NCBI RefSeq assembly: GCF_000014785.1
Contig: NC_008340.1
Location: 2,820,001 to 2,852,000, forward strand
Reading direction: 5' to 3'
DNA from: Alkalilimnicola ehrlichii MLHE-1
GTDB taxonomy: Bacteria; Pseudomonadota; Gammaproteobacteria; Nitrococcales; Halorhodospiraceae
Length of the DNA stretch: 32,000 bases
A model generated the notes under the pieces. It did not search any database and had not been told where the DNA came from. It saw only the letters and a program-made list of their open reading frames with translations. The translations under genes were made by a program, and so were the position numbers. Shown piece after piece: positions 8,953-18,748 of this stretch (its first letter is position 1; the number at the start of each line of letters is the position of its first letter).

Positions 8953-10305
8953 CTACCGCCGGCCATCATCCGCCAGCAGCAGAAAGGGCCGGGCCTTGTC
9001 GACCGTTTCACACAGTTCTGCCTGCTCCTCGGAGTCGGCCACCACGCCACCACCGGCCCAGTAGCGGATCTCGCCATCGCGGCACACGGCGGTCCGGATG
9101 GCGATGTTGGTGTCCATGTCGCCATTCCAACCGATGTAACCGATCGCCCCACAGTAGACACCGCGGGGCCCGGGCTCCAGCTCGTCGATAATCTCCATGG
9201 CGCGCCGTTTCGGGGCCCCGGTGATGGAGCCGCCCGGTAGGCAGGCGCGCAACAGGTCGGTGGCGGTGCGTCCCGGCGCCAGCCGGCCGCTGACGTGGCT
9301 GACCAGGTGGTGCACCGCCGGGTAACTCTCCAGCCGGCAGAGGACCGGTACCCGCACCGAGCCGGTCTCGCACACCTGGCCGATGTCATTGCGCAGCAGA
9401 TCGACGATCATGACGTTCTCCGCCCGATCCTTCGGGCTCTGCTGCAGGGCCTCGGCCAGGCGGCGATCCTGCTGCGGGTCCCCGCCACGGGGGCGCGTCC
9501 CCTTGATGGGGCGGGTATCCACCTCGCCCCCCTGCAGGCGTAGAAACCGCTCTGGTGACAGACACAGGACCTGCTCGTCGGGGAAGCACTGCCAGGCCCC
9601 GAACGGCCCCTGCGCCCGGCGACGCATGCGCAACCAGGCCCCCAGCGGATCGCCCCGGTAGGCGGCGTGAAACCGGCGGGCGAGATTGACTTGGTAGCAA
9701 TCACCGGCGTGCAGATAATCGCGCACCCGGTGAAAGGCCCGCCCGTAGTGTTCGGCATCCGGCGCCCGCCGCAACGGCCCGCGCAGGGCAAAGGCCGGGG
9801 CGGCGCCGTCCCGGGCGGCGAACACCTGGTGCCGCAACCAGAGCAGGGAGGCCTCGTCGATTTCGCCCAGCACAGCGGTCAACCGCTGGTGGTGGTCGGT
9901 CACCAGTGCCCAGTCGTACAGCCCCACCCGCATCTCCGGACCGGCCCCGGACCGCACCGGCAGGCCGTGCAGCCGCCGGCCCAGGTCGTAACTGAAGTAG
10001 CCCACCGCCCCGCCCGAGAAGGGCCAGTGCGCGCTGGGGCTGCCACCACCGGCCTCACCCAGGCAGCGCTGCAACACCGCCAGCGGATCCTCGTCGGTTT
10101 GTTGCACCGGGCCCCGACCGGCCACCCGGGTCCGGCCACCGGCCGATTCCAGGGTGATCCGCGGGCGCATCACCAGGATGTCGAACCGTCCGGCGCCACT
10201 GCCCGGCCAGCCGCTGTCCAGCCACTGACACCAGGGCTGGCGCCCGATCCGCCGTAGCAGCCGGGTGCCATCCGCCAGATATGGCATGGGGTAATACGCG
10301 GGCAT
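8953..10305 (-). CDS. pabB: Aminodeoxychorismate synthase component I (chorismate-binding)
   Basis: 'VGYFSYDLGRRL', 'IHAGDCYQVNLARRF'-like segment (YLHAGDCYQVNLARRFHAAY), 'LSPERFLRL', 'IKGTRPRG', 'ENVMIVDLLRNDIGQV', 'PGGSITGAPKRRAMEIIDELEP', 'NIAIRT'. Confidence 0.93.
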   Translation of the reverse strand: MPAYYPMPYLADGTRLLRRIGRQPWCQWLDSGWPGSGAGRFDILVMRPRITLESAGGRTRVAGRGPVQQTDEDPLAVLQRCLGEAGGGSPSAHWPFSGGAVGYFSYDLGRRLHGLPVRSGAGPEMRVGLYDWALVTDHHQRLTAVLGEIDEASLLWLRHQVFAARDGAAPAFALRGPLRRAPDAEHYGRAFHRVRDYLHAGDCYQVNLARRFHAAYRGDPLGAWLRMRRRAQGPFGAWQCFPDEQVLCLSPERFLRLQGGEVDTRPIKGTRPRGGDPQQDRRLAEALQQSPKDRAENVMIVDLLRNDIGQVCETGSVRVPVLCRLESYPAVHHLVSHVSGRLAPGRTATDLLRACLPGGSITGAPKRRAMEIIDELEPGPRGVYCGAIGYIGWNGDMDTNIAIRTAVCRDGEIRYWAGGGVVADSEEQAELCETVDKARPFLLLADDGRR

Positions 10306-10409
10306 CTGTGAATCCTGCTATGCTCAGAATCAACTATGGGCCCGAGTTGATCGGGCGGTTTGCTGCACTTTGGCAGGCCGTTTACCGCACCCCGACGAGA
10401 AGACCAGTC

Positions 10410-12155
10410 ATGGCGACCAGTCAGCACTCAGCGCAGGCGTTCTACGACGGTCTCCCCTGGCAACACCACTATGGCGAGGGGGTGTCCACCGAGTTCCAAC
10501 CCCTGCCCGAGAGCAGCCTGGCGGAGATGCTGCGCCAGGCCGCCCATCACCATCCCGAACGGACCGCCTTCACCACCTGTCTGGACAACGGTCTGAACGC
10601 CAGCCTCGACTACGCCACCACGGACCGGCTCTCGGACCATTTCATGGCCTGGCTGCTGCGGGAGGCGGGGCTGGGCCCCGGCGAGCCGGTGGCCATCCAG
10701 ATGCCCAACTGCCTAGCCTATCCGGTCACCGCCTTCGGCGCCCTCAAGGCCGGCACCCCTCTGGTCAATATGAACCCGTTGTACACGGCGCCGGAGATGC
10801 ACCATCAGCTCGCCGACAGTGGCGCGCGGGTGCTGGTCATTGTGGACCTGTTCGCCGATAAACTGGAGCAGGCGCTCAACGATACCGCGGTGGAGCACGT
10901 GGTGCTGACCTCGGTGGCCGATTTCTTCCCGAAACCGCTACGCTGGCTGATCCAGGGGGTGCTGCGCTGGCGCGGTGAGCGGCCGCCGCCGCCCGCCGGG
11001 GTACACCACCTCGGCCGCACCCTGGAAGAGGGCGCGGCGCATCTGGGCCAGTTTACCCCACCGAGCCCGGCGGCGGATGACCTGGCCCTGCTGCAGTACA
11101 CCGGCGGCACCACCGGCCGGGCCAAGGGCGCGATGCTGCGCCACCGCCACCTTCTGGCCAATGTCGCCCAGATTGAGGCGGTGGCCGGGCCGGCACTGCG
11201 CGGGCACCAGGACACCGTGCTCACCGCCCTGCCCCTTTACCACATTTTCGCCTTCACCTTTAACCTGCTGGTCTTTCACCGGCAGGGGTCGCACAACGTG
11301 CTCTGCCCGTCGCCGCGCCCGGTGGACCGCCTGCGCAAGGCCTTCGCCCGCTACCCGGTCACCAAGTTCTCCGGCGTTAATCTGCTGTTGCACGGCCTCT
11401 GTCAGGCCGAGTGGTTCCGCAGCCAACCGCCACCGCAACTGGACCTAACGGTGGCCGGTGGCACCGCCCTCAACCCCCGCGTGGCGGAACGCTGGTCGGA
11501 GGTCACCCGCAGTCGGGTGCTGGAGGGCTACGGGCTGACCGAGACCGCACCGGTGGTGGCGGTGAACCCGCCCCAGGGCGAGGCGCGGTTGGGCACCGTG
11601 GGCCTGCCGGTGCCAGGCACTGAGGTGCGTATCGTCGACGACAACGACCGGCCGGTTCCGGCCGGGGAACGGGGCGAGGTGGTGGTCCGCGGCCCACAGG
11701 TCTTCGACGGGTACTGGAAGCAACCGCAGGAGTCCGAACACGCCCTGCGGGGCGGCTGGTTCCACACCGGCGATGTGGGCGTGATGGATGAACAGGGCTA
11801 CCTGCGCATCGTCGACCGCAAAAAGGACATGATTGACGTCGGCGGCTTCAACGTCTTCCCGCAGGAGGTGGAAGAGGCGCTGCTGGAACACCCTGCCATC
11901 ATCATGGCGGCGGTGGTGGGGGTCCCCGCCGGGGGCGACGCCGGTGACGAACAGGTGGTGGCCTACGTGGTCTGCGATGAGCGCGAGTCGGCCCCGGACG
12001 AGGACGCCCTGCGCCAGTTCCTGAACCGGCACCTGACCCGCTACAAGATCCCCCGCCGTATCCTGTTCCGCGACAGCCTGCCGGTCACCACGGTGGGCAA
12101 GGTCCTGCGCCGGGAGTTGCGCGAACAGGCCCGCGAGGAGGTGGGCCCGGCTTGA
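10410..12155 (+). CDS. AMP-binding long-chain fatty acid-CoA ligase-like protein (FadD-like)
   Basis: 'LLQYTGGTTGRAKGAMLRH', 'GYGLTETAPVVAVNP', 'YWKQPQESEHALRGGWFHTGDVGVMDEQGYLRIVDRKKDMIDVGGFNVFPQEVE', 'PLTTVGKVLRRELR'-like end. Start at ATG 10410. Confidence 0.9.
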   Translation: MATSQHSAQAFYDGLPWQHHYGEGVSTEFQPLPESSLAEMLRQAAHHHPERTAFTTCLDNGLNASLDYATTDRLSDHFMAWLLREAGLGPGEPVAIQMPNCLAYPVTAFGALKAGTPLVNMNPLYTAPEMHHQLADSGARVLVIVDLFADKLEQALNDTAVEHVVLTSVADFFPKPLRWLIQGVLRWRGERPPPPAGVHHLGRTLEEGAAHLGQFTPPSPAADDLALLQYTGGTTGRAKGAMLRHRHLLANVAQIEAVAGPALRGHQDTVLTALPLYHIFAFTFNLLVFHRQGSHNVLCPSPRPVDRLRKAFARYPVTKFSGVNLLLHGLCQAEWFRSQPPPQLDLTVAGGTALNPRVAERWSEVTRSRVLEGYGLTETAPVVAVNPPQGEARLGTVGLPVPGTEVRIVDDNDRPVPAGERGEVVVRGPQVFDGYWKQPQESEHALRGGWFHTGDVGVMDEQGYLRIVDRKKDMIDVGGFNVFPQEVEEALLEHPAIIMAAVVGVPAGGDAGDEQVVAYVVCDERESAPDEDALRQFLNRHLTRYKIPRRILFRDSLPVTTVGKVLRRELREQAREEVGPA

Positions 12156-12237
12156 TCCCGGGGGGTACACTGGCCCCACTGCCGCCCCCGGCAGGACCGG
12201 CCTGCGCCACCCCCGATCCGGCCAAGGAGTGCCCCGT

Positions 12238-13278
12238 ATGACAGAAGCCCCACTGTCCCACCCGTTGGCCCTAGCGCTTCAGGGCGGCGGCGCCCACGGC
12301 GCCTTCACCTGGGGTGTGCTCGACCACCTGCTCGCGGCCGGACTCAGGCCCGCGGGCCTGAGTGGCACCAGCGCCGGCGCCCTCAACGCCGCGGCCCTGG
12401 CCTCCGGCTGGGCGCGCGCCGGCCAGGAGGGTGCGCGCGCCACCCTCACCACGCTCTGGGAGGGGGTCAGCGCCCTGGGTGGACCGCTGCAGCCGTCGCC
12501 GGCCAGTTACCTGGTGCACGGCTGGAACCAGGACTGGTCGGTGCGCTACCAGGCCTTCAAGGCGACCACCCAGGTGGCCTCGCCCTATCAGTTCAACCCG
12601 GCCGGCTTTAATCCGCTCCGCGAGCTGCTGCAGGACTGCCTGGACTGGTCTGCGCTGACGGGGCCCGACGCCCCGCCGCTGTTTGTCAGCGCCACCGAAG
12701 TGGAGACCGGCCGCCTGCGCATCTTCGACAACCACTCCCTGGACGTCACCGCCCTGCTCGCCTCCACCTGCCTGCCCACCCTGTTCCAGGCGGTGGAGCG
12801 CAACGGACGCCACTACTGGGACGGCGGCTTCGCCGCCAACCCGGCGCTGCACCCGCTGCTCACCCACGCCAGCGCCGATGATCTGCTGCTGTTGCAGCTC
12901 ATGCCCCAGCGGACGGCCGACGGGCCGCCGCGCGAGCCGGGAGAGATCCTGCGCCGGTCCCGGGAGCTGAGCTTCAGCACCCACCTCTACCGGGAGTTGC
13001 AGTGGCTGGCGCTGCAGCAGGCCGATTGCGGCCCCGGGTCGCGCTGGTCGCTCTCGCCCCTGCGCCGGCGGATCGCCCGGCTGCGCTTCCACCACCTGAC
13101 CGGCGACCGTGACTTGGCCGGGTTGGGCACGGCCAGCCAGTTGAACGCCGACTGGCCCTTCCTATGCCACCTGCGCGATGCCGGCCGCAAGGCGGCCGAT
13201 GACTGGCTCGCCACTCATGGCGGGCAGGTGGGCCGGACCAGTAGCCGCCCACTGAGCGATTTTCTGCCCACCGACTAG
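12238..13278 (+). CDS. Patatin-like phospholipase family protein
   Basis: '[21 protein letters not shown]', nucleophile motif '[12 protein letters not shown]', '[16 protein letters not shown]' (DGG). AAGGAG precedes ATG 12238; GTG at 12229 is less likely. Confidence 0.9.
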   Translation: MTEAPLSHPLALALQGGGAHGAFTWGVLDHLLAAGLRPAGLSGTSAGALNAAALASGWARAGQEGARATLTTLWEGVSALGGPLQPSPASYLVHGWNQDWSVRYQAFKATTQVASPYQFNPAGFNPLRELLQDCLDWSALTGPDAPPLFVSATEVETGRLRIFDNHSLDVTALLASTCLPTLFQAVERNGRHYWDGGFAANPALHPLLTHASADDLLLLQLMPQRTADGPPREPGEILRRSRELSFSTHLYRELQWLALQQADCGPGSRWSLSPLRRRIARLRFHHLTGDRDLAGLGTASQLNADWPFLCHLRDAGRKAADDWLATHGGQVGRTSSRPLSDFLPTD

Positions 13279-13346
13279 CCGCCGCCCGCAGCGCCGGGGA
13301 TGGTAGAATCCCGGCCAACGACGGCAACACGACGATGGACGGGGCT

Positions 13347-14087
13347 ATGGCAGGACACAGCAAGTGGTCCAACATCCAGCACCGCAAGAAGGCGCAGGAC
13401 GCCAAGCGGGGCAAGATCTTCACCAAGCACATCAAGGAGATCACCGTGGCGGCCCGCATGGGCGGCCCGGACCCGGACAGCAACCCGCGGCTGCGCCTGG
13501 CCATCGACCGGGCCTTCGCCCAGAATATGCCCAAGGACAACGTGGAGCGCGCGATCAAGCGCGGCGCGGGCCTGGATGAGAGCGTCGAGTACGAAGAGTT
13601 GCGCTATGAGGGGTATGGCCCCTCCGGCGCCGCCCTGATGGTCGACTGCATGACCGACAACCGCAACCGGACCGTCTCCGACGTGCGGCACGCCTTCACC
13701 AAGTGCGGCGGCAACCTGGGCACCGACGGCTCGGTGAGCTATCTGTTCCAGCACCGCGGTGTCCTCCTCTACCCGCCCGGGACCGACGAGGACCGGCTCA
13801 TGGAGGCGGCCCTGGAGGCCGGGGCCGAGGACATCGTGCACAACGATGACGACTCCCTGGAGGTCCTGACCACTCCCGAGGACTACCGGCCGGTGCGCGA
13901 CGCCCTGGTGGCCGCGGGGCTGGAGCCCGCCGAGTCCGACGTGACCATGCGCCCGGACATCATGGTCACGGTGGAGGGCGAGGACGCCCGGCGCACGGCC
14001 CGGCTCATCGACATGCTGGAGGATCTGGACGACGTGCAGCGGGTCTACACCAACGCCGACATCGCCGAAGAGGCCTACGCCGACTGA
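13347..14087 (+). CDS. yebC: YebC/PmpR family DNA-binding regulatory protein
   Basis: [37 protein letters not shown]... '[48 protein letters not shown]'. Confidence 0.97.
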   Translation: MAGHSKWSNIQHRKKAQDAKRGKIFTKHIKEITVAARMGGPDPDSNPRLRLAIDRAFAQNMPKDNVERAIKRGAGLDESVEYEELRYEGYGPSGAALMVDCMTDNRNRTVSDVRHAFTKCGGNLGTDGSVSYLFQHRGVLLYPPGTDEDRLMEAALEAGAEDIVHNDDDSLEVLTTPEDYRPVRDALVAAGLEPAESDVTMRPDIMVTVEGEDARRTARLIDMLEDLDDVQRVYTNADIAEEAYAD

Positions 14088-14584
14088 TGCCCCGCATCCT
14101 CGGCATCGACCCCGGCTCCCGCATCACCGGCTACGGCGTGGTGGAGGGCAGCGGCAGTGCCCCGCGCCACGTGGCCAGCGGCTGCGTGCGCCTGCCCACC
14201 GGCCCCTTCCCGGACCGGCTGCGGGTGCTCTACCGCGCCCTGAGCGAGCTGCTGGCACAACACCGGCCGGAGGCGGCGGTGGTCGAGCAGGTCTTCGTCA
14301 GCCGAAACCCGGATTCCGCCCTCAAGTTAGGGCAGGCGCGGGGCGCCGCCATCTGCGCCTGCGTCAACGCCGGGCTGCCGGTGGCCGAGTACACCCCGGG
14401 CGAGATCAAGCAGGCCCTGGTGGGCCACGGTCGTGCGGGCAAGGCCCAGGTGGGTTACATGGTCCGCATGCTGCTGCGCCTGGACGCCACCCCTGCGGAG
14501 GACGCCGGGGACGCCCTGGCCGCGGCCCTGTGCCACCTGCACCAAGCGGACATGCAGGCCCGCCTGCGGAGGGCCGGGGCGTGA
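14087..14584 (+). CDS. ruvC: Crossover junction endodeoxyribonuclease RuvC
   Basis: [20 protein letters not shown]..., 'VVEQVFVSRNPDSALKLGQARGA', 'YTPGEIKQALVGHGRAGKAQVGYMVRMLL', 'DAGDALAAALCH'. ATG overlaps the yebC TGA. Confidence 0.97.
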   Translation: MPRILGIDPGSRITGYGVVEGSGSAPRHVASGCVRLPTGPFPDRLRVLYRALSELLAQHRPEAAVVEQVFVSRNPDSALKLGQARGAAICACVNAGLPVAEYTPGEIKQALVGHGRAGKAQVGYMVRMLLRLDATPAEDAGDALAAALCHLHQADMQARLRRAGA

Positions 14585-15207
14585 TCGGGCGGTTGCACGG
14601 CACCGTCGCGGAACGCCATCCACCGGCGCTGCTACTGGATGTGGGGGGCGTGGGCTATGAGCTGGAGGCGCCCATGTCCACCTTCTACGCCCTGCCCGCC
14701 GGCGACCAGGCGGTCACTCTGTGGACCCACCTGGCCGTTCGCGACGACGGCCAGGCCCTGTACGGGTTCGCCAGCCGCGCCGAACGCGACCTCTTCCGGG
14801 TGCTGATCCGGATCAGCGGCGTCGGGCCCAAGCTGGCCCTGGCCCTGCTCTCCGGCATGAATGCCGAGGGCCTGCAACGCTGCATCGAGCGCGAGGACGT
14901 GGCCACCCTCACCCGCCTCCCCGGGGTGGGTCGCAAGACCGCTCAGCGGCTGATCGTGGAACTGCGCGACCGGCTGGACGGGCTGCTGCCGGCCGCATCG
15001 GGCGGCGTGCCCGCCCGGACCGGGTCCGGCGAACAGCTAGACGCGCCAGCCGGCCCCCAGGGGTCCCGGGAGGATGCGGTCAGCGCCCTGGTGGCCCTGG
15101 GTTATAAGCCCGCCGAGGCCGGCCGGCTGGTCAACGCCGTGCCCGGCGCCAACGACCTGCCCAGTGAGGAACTCATCCGCCGCGCGCTGCAGGCGGCGGT
15201 ACGCTGA
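14581..15207 (+). CDS. ruvA: Holliday junction branch migration protein RuvA
   Basis: GTG start overlapping ruvC stop (GTGA); (M)IGRLHGTVAERHPPALLLDVGGVGYELEAPMST, 'GVGPKLALALLSGM', 'LPGVGRKTAQRLIVELRDRL', C-terminal 'AVSALVALGYKPAEAGRLV'. Confidence 0.97.
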   Translation: MIGRLHGTVAERHPPALLLDVGGVGYELEAPMSTFYALPAGDQAVTLWTHLAVRDDGQALYGFASRAERDLFRVLIRISGVGPKLALALLSGMNAEGLQRCIEREDVATLTRLPGVGRKTAQRLIVELRDRLDGLLPAASGGVPARTGSGEQLDAPAGPQGSREDAVSALVALGYKPAEAGRLVNAVPGANDLPSEELIRRALQAAVR

Positions 15208-15243
15208 CCCACCAGCGTCGGTACCGGGCGCCTGCGACCGGGC

Positions 15244-15471
15244 TCAAGGGGTTTCATCCAGGATCGTGAACGCCGCCAGCACCGTCCCCAGCAAAATCGC
15301 CGGGATGGCGGTAACCGGCGCCAGGATCATCAGCAGACCGGCCCCGATCCACAGGTCCCGGACCCGGCGCTGCTTGCGCCGGTAGTGGCGGGTGGTCCGG
15401 CGCCAACTGGGGTGGCGGGCCCGGTCCTCTTCGGAAAGCCCCGGCGGCGGGCGAACGATGCGGTACCACAT
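15244..15471 (-). CDS. Small uncharacterised membrane protein
   Basis: MWYRIVRPPPGLSEEDRARHPSWRRTTRHYRRKQRRVRDLWIGAGLLMILAPVTAIPAILLGTVLAAFTILDETP: basic N terminus plus hydrophobic stretch. Start at ATG 15471. Confidence 0.55.
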   Translation of the reverse strand: MWYRIVRPPPGLSEEDRARHPSWRRTTRHYRRKQRRVRDLWIGAGLLMILAPVTAIPAILLGTVLAAFTILDETP

Positions 15472-15626
15472 GACGGGCTCCTCGCGGCCGGTGGGGCACC
15501 CGCTACGGCCGGACAACGGGCCATGGCCCGCCTGCCCGCCCACCGGGTGCCACGCTGCCCAATGGTCCCCCCAGGATAGGCCATGGCGGGCCGCCCCGCT
15601 GCCGGCACCGGCGGCGCTACCCGTTT

Positions 15627-17843
15627 TCAGAACATGTCCTGGGGGTCCACGTCCAGTGACCAGCGCGCCTGCCGGGCGGCGGGCAGTTCGCTCAACCCGG
15701 GGACCCAGCGCTCCAGCAGCCGATGCAGGGCCGCACGGCGCCCGGCTTGCAGCAGCAGTTGGGCCCGGTAGCGGCCAGCCCGCCGCTCCATGGGGGCGGG
15801 AACCGGACCCAGCACCATCACCCCACCCGCCTCCGACCCGGTCAGCGCGCGCGCCCGCTCAGCGGCGGCCTGCAGGAAGCCGCGCGCCTGTCCCGCCTGC
15901 ACTGCCTCGGCCCGTAACAGCGCCATGGCGGCGAAGGGCGGCAGCCCCGCGGCGCGCCGCTCCTCCAAGTGGGCGCGGGCGAAGGCGTCATAGCCCTGCC
16001 CCAGCAGGGTGTGCAGCAGCGGGTGCTCCGGGTGGTGGGTCTGGATCAGCACCTCACCGGGGCGCTCGGCCCGCCCGGCACGCCCGGCCACCTGGATAAG
16101 CAACTGGGCCATGCGCTCCAGGGCACGGAAGTCCGCGCCGTACAGACCATGGTCCGCGTCCAGCACCCCCACCAGGGTCACATCGGGGAAGTGGTGGCCC
16201 TTGGCCAGCATCTGGGTGCCAAGCAGGATGCGGGGGCCGGGCCGGCCGGCCTCCGCCAGCAGGGCATCCAGGGCGCCCCGCCGGCGGGTGCTGTCCCGAT
16301 CGATGCGCAGCACCGGCACCTGCGGATAGAGCTCTGCCAGGGCCCGCTCCACCCGCTCGGTGCCCTGACCCACCGCCCGCAGGTCGACGCTGCCGCAGTC
16401 GGGACAGGCCCGCGGCACCGGTCGCTCGTCGCCACAATGATGACAGCGCAATCGGCCGGCCCGGCGGTGCCAGGTGTAACGGGCGTCACAGCGGCGGCAC
16501 TCGGCCACCCAACCACACTCATGACAGAGCAGCGTGGGGGCGAAGCCCCGGCGGTTGAGAAAGAGCAGCACCTGGCCGTCGGCGGCCAGATGAGTGGCCA
16601 TGGCCTCCTGCAGCGCCGGGGACAGGCCCTCGCGCAACGGCCGACCGCGCACGTCCAATACCCGGAAGGAGGGCATCGCCGCACCGCCGGCGCGGTGCCT
16701 GAGGTGCAGGTGGGCGTAGCGCCCGGACAGGGCGTTCTGAAGGCTCTCCAGGGAGGGGGTGGCGGTGCCCAGCAGCACCGGCACCCCCAGCCGCCGGGCC
16801 CGCATCACCGCCAGGTCGCGGGCGGAGTAGCGAAAGCCGTCCTGCTGCTTGAACGAGGTGTCGTGCTCCTCGTCCACCAGGATCAGCCCCGGCTCGGGCA
16901 GCGGGGCGAAGACCGCCGACCGGGTGCCGATCACCACCCGGGCGCGCCCCTCGCGGGCCGCCAGCCAGGCGTCCAGGCGCTCGCGGTCGTTCAGCCCGGA
17001 GTGAAACACCGCCATGGGCACCGCCAGACGGCGGCGGAAGCGGTGCAGCAACTGCGGGGTCAGGCCGATCTCCGGCACCAGCAGCAGCACCTGCCGGCCG
17101 GCGGCCAGGGCCTGTTCGGTGGCCCGCAGGTAGACCTCGGTCTTGCCGCTGCCGGTCACCCCCTCCAGCAGGATAGGCTGAAAACCATCCCCCGCCGCCT
17201 GCAGCCGGTCCAGCACCGCCTGCTGCTCCGGCAGCGGCTCGGGGCGCGGCTCGCAGCCCTCCCCCTCCAGCAGTTCCGGGTTGGCCCGCTGTTCGCTCAC
17301 CGCCAGGCCGCGATCGGCCAGGGCCCGGGCCGCCCGCCGCGCCTGGCCCGGGATCTCCGCCAGTTCGGCGGCATCCAACCCCCGCTCGCCCGCGGCCTGC
17401 AACCGGGCCAGCAGTTGTGCCTGGCGCACGGCGCGCTTCAGTTCCGAGGGGTCGGTCTCACGCCCCTGCGCGGTGATGAACCAATGCTCCCGGGCGCGCC
17501 ATTCGGCCGGTTCGCCCTGGCGCAGCAGGGTGGGCAGGGCGGCATCCAGCACCTCACCCAGGGGGTGGTGGTAGTAGCCGGCGGCCCACTCCAGCAGCGA
17601 AAGCAGCGGTTCGTCCAGCAGCGGGGCCGGGTCCAGCCAAGCCTGGGCCCGGCGCAGCTTGTGACGAGGCACCCCGGTGTGGTCCCCGGTGCCCACCACC
17701 ACCCCCACCCGCCGGCCGCGCCCGAAGGGTACCCGCACCCGGCAGCCACGACCGGCGCCGGCCGGTGCCGGGCCGGGCGGTGGCAGGTAGTCATAACAGG
17801 TGTAGAGCGGCACGGGCAGCGCCACGCGCAGGATGCGAGCCAT
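15627..17843 (-). CDS. priA: Primosomal protein N' (replication restart helicase)
   Basis: 'LLEGVTGSGKTEVYL', 'LILVDEEHDTSFKQQDGFRYSARDLAVMRA', zinc-binding Cys cluster 'CHECGWVAECRRCDARYTWHRRAGRLRCHHCG...CPDCGS', 'ILLGTQMLAKGHHFPDVTLVGVLDAD'. Confidence 0.96.
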   Translation of the reverse strand: MARILRVALPVPLYTCYDYLPPPGPAPAGAGRGCRVRVPFGRGRRVGVVVGTGDHTGVPRHKLRRAQAWLDPAPLLDEPLLSLLEWAAGYYHHPLGEVLDAALPTLLRQGEPAEWRAREHWFITAQGRETDPSELKRAVRQAQLLARLQAAGERGLDAAELAEIPGQARRAARALADRGLAVSEQRANPELLEGEGCEPRPEPLPEQQAVLDRLQAAGDGFQPILLEGVTGSGKTEVYLRATEQALAAGRQVLLLVPEIGLTPQLLHRFRRRLAVPMAVFHSGLNDRERLDAWLAAREGRARVVIGTRSAVFAPLPEPGLILVDEEHDTSFKQQDGFRYSARDLAVMRARRLGVPVLLGTATPSLESLQNALSGRYAHLHLRHRAGGAAMPSFRVLDVRGRPLREGLSPALQEAMATHLAADGQVLLFLNRRGFAPTLLCHECGWVAECRRCDARYTWHRRAGRLRCHHCGDERPVPRACPDCGSVDLRAVGQGTERVERALAELYPQVPVLRIDRDSTRRRGALDALLAEAGRPGPRILLGTQMLAKGHHFPDVTLVGVLDADHGLYGADFRALERMAQLLIQVAGRAGRAERPGEVLIQTHHPEHPLLHTLLGQGYDAFARAHLEERRAAGLPPFAAMALLRAEAVQAGQARGFLQAAAERARALTGSEAGGVMVLGPVPAPMERRAGRYRAQLLLQAGRRAALHRLLERWVPGLSELPAARQARWSLDVDPQDMF

Positions 17844-17916
17844 CGGTCCTCCATGAGTGCGGCCAGCGGCGGGATTGGGCTGGGCCGCCGGCGCCCCCTA
17901 TCCTATACTGCCGGCC

Positions 17917-18528
17917 ATGCATGTGCCGCCGGAACAGGACCTGGAACCGCTGCTGCCGCAGATCCTCACCGTGTTGCGGGCAAACCCGGACGGGCTTAGC
18001 GAATTCGAGCTGGTCCGCGCCCTGGACGAGGCGGCCGTGGGCCCCTTCCGGCGCGAGGCCCTGCGCGATACGGCCGAACTCTTCCGCAGCCACTTCCTGC
18101 TCTTCCACTGCCTCTACCGCCTGCGCCAGCGACTGCGCGAGCGGGGCGAGGACCTGCTCATCCACTGCACCCGCATTGCGCTGGCCCCGGGGCCGTCGCC
18201 GGCGGCGTCCACCAACGCGCCCGCCACCCCGTTGAGCGTCGCCGACCCGCTGGCGGCCTACTACTTGGACCTGAAGCACCTGGCCGCCGCCGACCTGGCC
18301 AGCGTGGAGGCCATGCTCGCCGACGGCTGGCGCCGGATCCGCCGGGGCGGCCATCGCGAGCAGGCATTGGCTGAACTGGAACTCCGTGAACCGGTGAGCG
18401 ACAAGCAGATCCGGCGCCAGTACCGGCGCCTGGTCATGCGCCACCATCCTGACCGCGGTGGCGACACGACCCGCATGCAGCAGGTGGTCAGGGCCATGGA
18501 GACCCTGGGCCTGGCCCGCAATCGCTGA
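17917..18528 (+). CDS. DnaJ-related / J-domain-containing protein
   Basis: N-terminal region typical of DNAJ_related proteins (LLPQILTVLRANPDGLSEFELVRAL) and C-terminal J-domain fragment 'SDKQIRRQYRRLVMRHHPDRGGDTTRMQQVVRAME' with HPD. Confidence 0.82.
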   Translation: MHVPPEQDLEPLLPQILTVLRANPDGLSEFELVRALDEAAVGPFRREALRDTAELFRSHFLLFHCLYRLRQRLRERGEDLLIHCTRIALAPGPSPAASTNAPATPLSVADPLAAYYLDLKHLAAADLASVEAMLADGWRRIRRGGHREQALAELELREPVSDKQIRRQYRRLVMRHHPDRGGDTTRMQQVVRAMETLGLARNR

Positions 18529-18748
18529 CACCCCCCGGGCGGCCCCGACCGCCAACCCATGTATTCAATATTTATTATTTTACCGGTGGGCACTATGTAC
18601 CACCGCCCCCTCCCTGCGTCCCGATAGCCTTTCAACCGTGCGCCGTTGCCCCCCACACCAGGGCGAGAGCGCATCAAAGGATGGAGGAGCACCGGGCCGC
18701 TGACACGCCCCGCGATGCTCCGCTACAGCGGTACAAGGGGAGTCCATA

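Noticed and set aside
15969-17999. 676-aa plus-strand ORF opposite priA
   Set aside because: Rich in H/Q/G/R with no domain-like motifs; priA on the minus strand has Walker and zinc motifs throughout.
18555-18590. AT-rich stretch TGTATTCAATATTTATTATTTTACC upstream of the FadL-like gene
   Set aside because: Striking in a GC-rich window but most simply a promoter region; no clear -35/-10 pair or repeat could be assigned.
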